In this document: one piece after another, positions 62,776 through 64,000 of the stretch
Layout of the letters: each line of letters begins with the position of its first letter
Numbering within the stretch: the stretch's first letter is position 1
DNA from: Sulfurovum sp.
GTDB taxonomy: Bacteria > Campylobacterota > Campylobacteria > Campylobacterales > Sulfurovaceae
Length of the DNA stretch: 64,000 bases
Direction: 5' to 3'
Assembly: GCA_027045015.1 (NCBI GenBank)
Contig: JALUBF010000023.1
Span: 1,713-65,712, forward strand
Program-made: the position numbers and the translations under genes
The notes under the pieces: model-generated
Database searches by the model: none
What the model was told of the DNA's origin: nothing
The model's input: the letters and a program-made list of their open reading frames with translations, nothing else

Positions 62776-63564
62776 TCAATATCTATCTACCCTAGCTATC
62801 CAACCTTTAAGCCATCTCTTCTCATGGCGTATTGGAGGGGAATTTTTTATACGTCTATGAAGTATTGCTTTAGCTGAGATAGAAAATGCTCTATATTTAT
62901 TGGGATTTGACTCATTAAACTCTTCTAGTACCTGCAAAAGTCCCCACCCTTTAGCATTATATCGTTCACTTTTAAGTATCCCCTCTCCTTTAAAGTTTAT
63001 ATAATCCAAAAGTATATAAATACCTCTTTTATCTATAGTTCTATCTTTACCATAAAGCATTTTTTCAAAACGTCTTTTGATAATCTCTTTCTTACTACTA
63101 CTTTTAAGCGTAGCCAATATTTTAGGTAAAGCCTCACTAACCCTTTTAACCATAAACATAGCTTGATAACTTTTTGTTCTCTTTAAAAATCTAAAAAGCT
63201 TTAGATACTCTTTTTTCTTAGCTCTTTTAGCTCTAAAAAACATCTCTCTACTCTGCCATGGACAAGCACTCTTAGGAGTTATACCTTTTGGTAAAGCTAC
63301 ACCTCTATCTTGCATAAATAATAGTAACATTGGAAATATCTCTCTAAAAGGTTCTCTTTCTCCTTTATGAAACCAGATAAAATGTCCTATGCCCAAACTA
63401 GCAAAATCTTCACCTTTATTCCACCATATAAGATATCTATCTTTACCAGCACCCTCATTTTGCCACACTTTTTTAGATATGAAGTTGGCTTCTTTTTGTG
63501 TAAGTTTTATCTCATTAGCATTAAGTGTAGAAAATATTAAAAAATATATTAATATTAATTTCAT
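62776..63564 (-). CDS. Secreted basic hypothetical protein, possible lysozyme-fold muramidase
   Basis: Signal peptide ending LNA; WQNEG...SLGIGHF; C-terminal RWLKGWIARV. The ORF is solid; the function is inferred. Confidence 0.7.
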   Translation of the reverse strand: MKLILIYFLIFSTLNANEIKLTQKEANFISKKVWQNEGAGKDRYLIWWNKGEDFASLGIGHFIWFHKGEREPFREIFPMLLLFMQDRGVALPKGITPKSACPWQSREMFFRAKRAKKKEYLKLFRFLKRTKSYQAMFMVKRVSEALPKILATLKSSSKKEIIKRRFEKMLYGKDRTIDKRGIYILLDYINFKGEGILKSERYNAKGWGLLQVLEEFNESNPNKYRAFSISAKAILHRRIKNSPPIRHEKRWLKGWIARVDRY

Positions 63565-63614
63565 TTATATTTATATCAACTAAAATGGTATGAAGTAGAT
63601 ATTATAATTATTAA

Positions 63615-64000
63615 CTATACGAAACTAGGTGCATCATTTGCAAAGAGTATCAAATCTCCTGCTCTTGTTTGCTCCACCAGCATCTCCTCCATCTGAGCTT
63701 TTGTTGCCAGTTTTACTAATTTGTTGGCATCTACATACTCTTTAAATATAGCATAGTTTAAATCACCAGTAACTACTACTATATCAAAGACTTCATTGGC
63801 ACGCTTAGCTACTTCTATATTTAGTTCATCATCTACCTCTACAAGTCCAGGGGTGATAACAACTTTTCTACCATCATAAGTTGTTGCCAAATCAAACGAT
63901 GCCATCATACCATCTATATTTCCATTAAATGAATCATCAAGAATTACTTTACCACCTGCATCTATGCGTTGAAGTCTATGTTCAACTGGTTTTAGTGTAG
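63615..64000 (-). CDS. murF: UDP-MurNAc-tripeptide--D-Ala-D-Ala ligase, C-terminal part (runs off the window end)
   Basis: Frame is open to the window edge: PVEHRLQRI...ILDDSFNGN..GM, KVVITPGLVE, GDLILFANDAP. Confidence 0.88.
   Translation of the reverse strand, partial: TLKPVEHRLQRIDAGGKVILDDSFNGNIDGMMASFDLATTYDGRKVVITPGLVEVDDELNIEVAKRANEVFDIVVVTGDLNYAIFKEYVDANKLVKLATKAQMEEMLVEQTRAGDLILFANDAPSFV

Noticed and set aside
1-64000. Selenocysteine or stop-readthrough genes, riboswitches, IS elements, defence systems
   Set aside because: No interrupted ORFs needing recoding, no long structured leaders, and no transposase, integrase or restriction genes were recognised by eye. An Rfam/DefenseFinder scan would be needed to exclude them formally.

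Overview
AT-rich, gene-dense chromosomal window from a Campylobacterota (Epsilonproteobacteria) bacterium. A free-living Sulfurovum-like organism is inferred from gene content and order; this was not established by a search. Most of it is housekeeping synteny: clpB / ctpA-purC-purS-purQ-orf-plsC; metG; minCDE; nadK-recN; polA; lpxB; two tRNA-Asn; modABC; queH; fabZ-lpxA-clpX-mreB-mreC-carB; greA-argC; surE-tcdA; rlpA-hisB-kdsC-lptC-lptA-engB-GNAT-mreD-mrdA; murF. I see no transposase, integrase, prophage, CRISPR array or rRNA, and no large multi-gene novel system. The best leads are small: (1) a secreted hypothetical protein beside murF with lysozyme-like motifs; (2) a membrane NIT-PAS-HD-GYP protein that may couple nitrate and redox sensing to c-di-GMP; (3) a trxC / OmpR-type two-component / cytochrome c module with a TTCAC-N6-TTCAC (DccR-type) box; (4) a ppx gene that looks compositionally foreign; (5) a stand-alone acyl-CoA-type desaturase; (6) an M30 peptidase plus small-lipoprotein pair; (7) two small orphan regulator-like proteins, one apparently leaderless. 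All functional calls come from motif recognition by eye.
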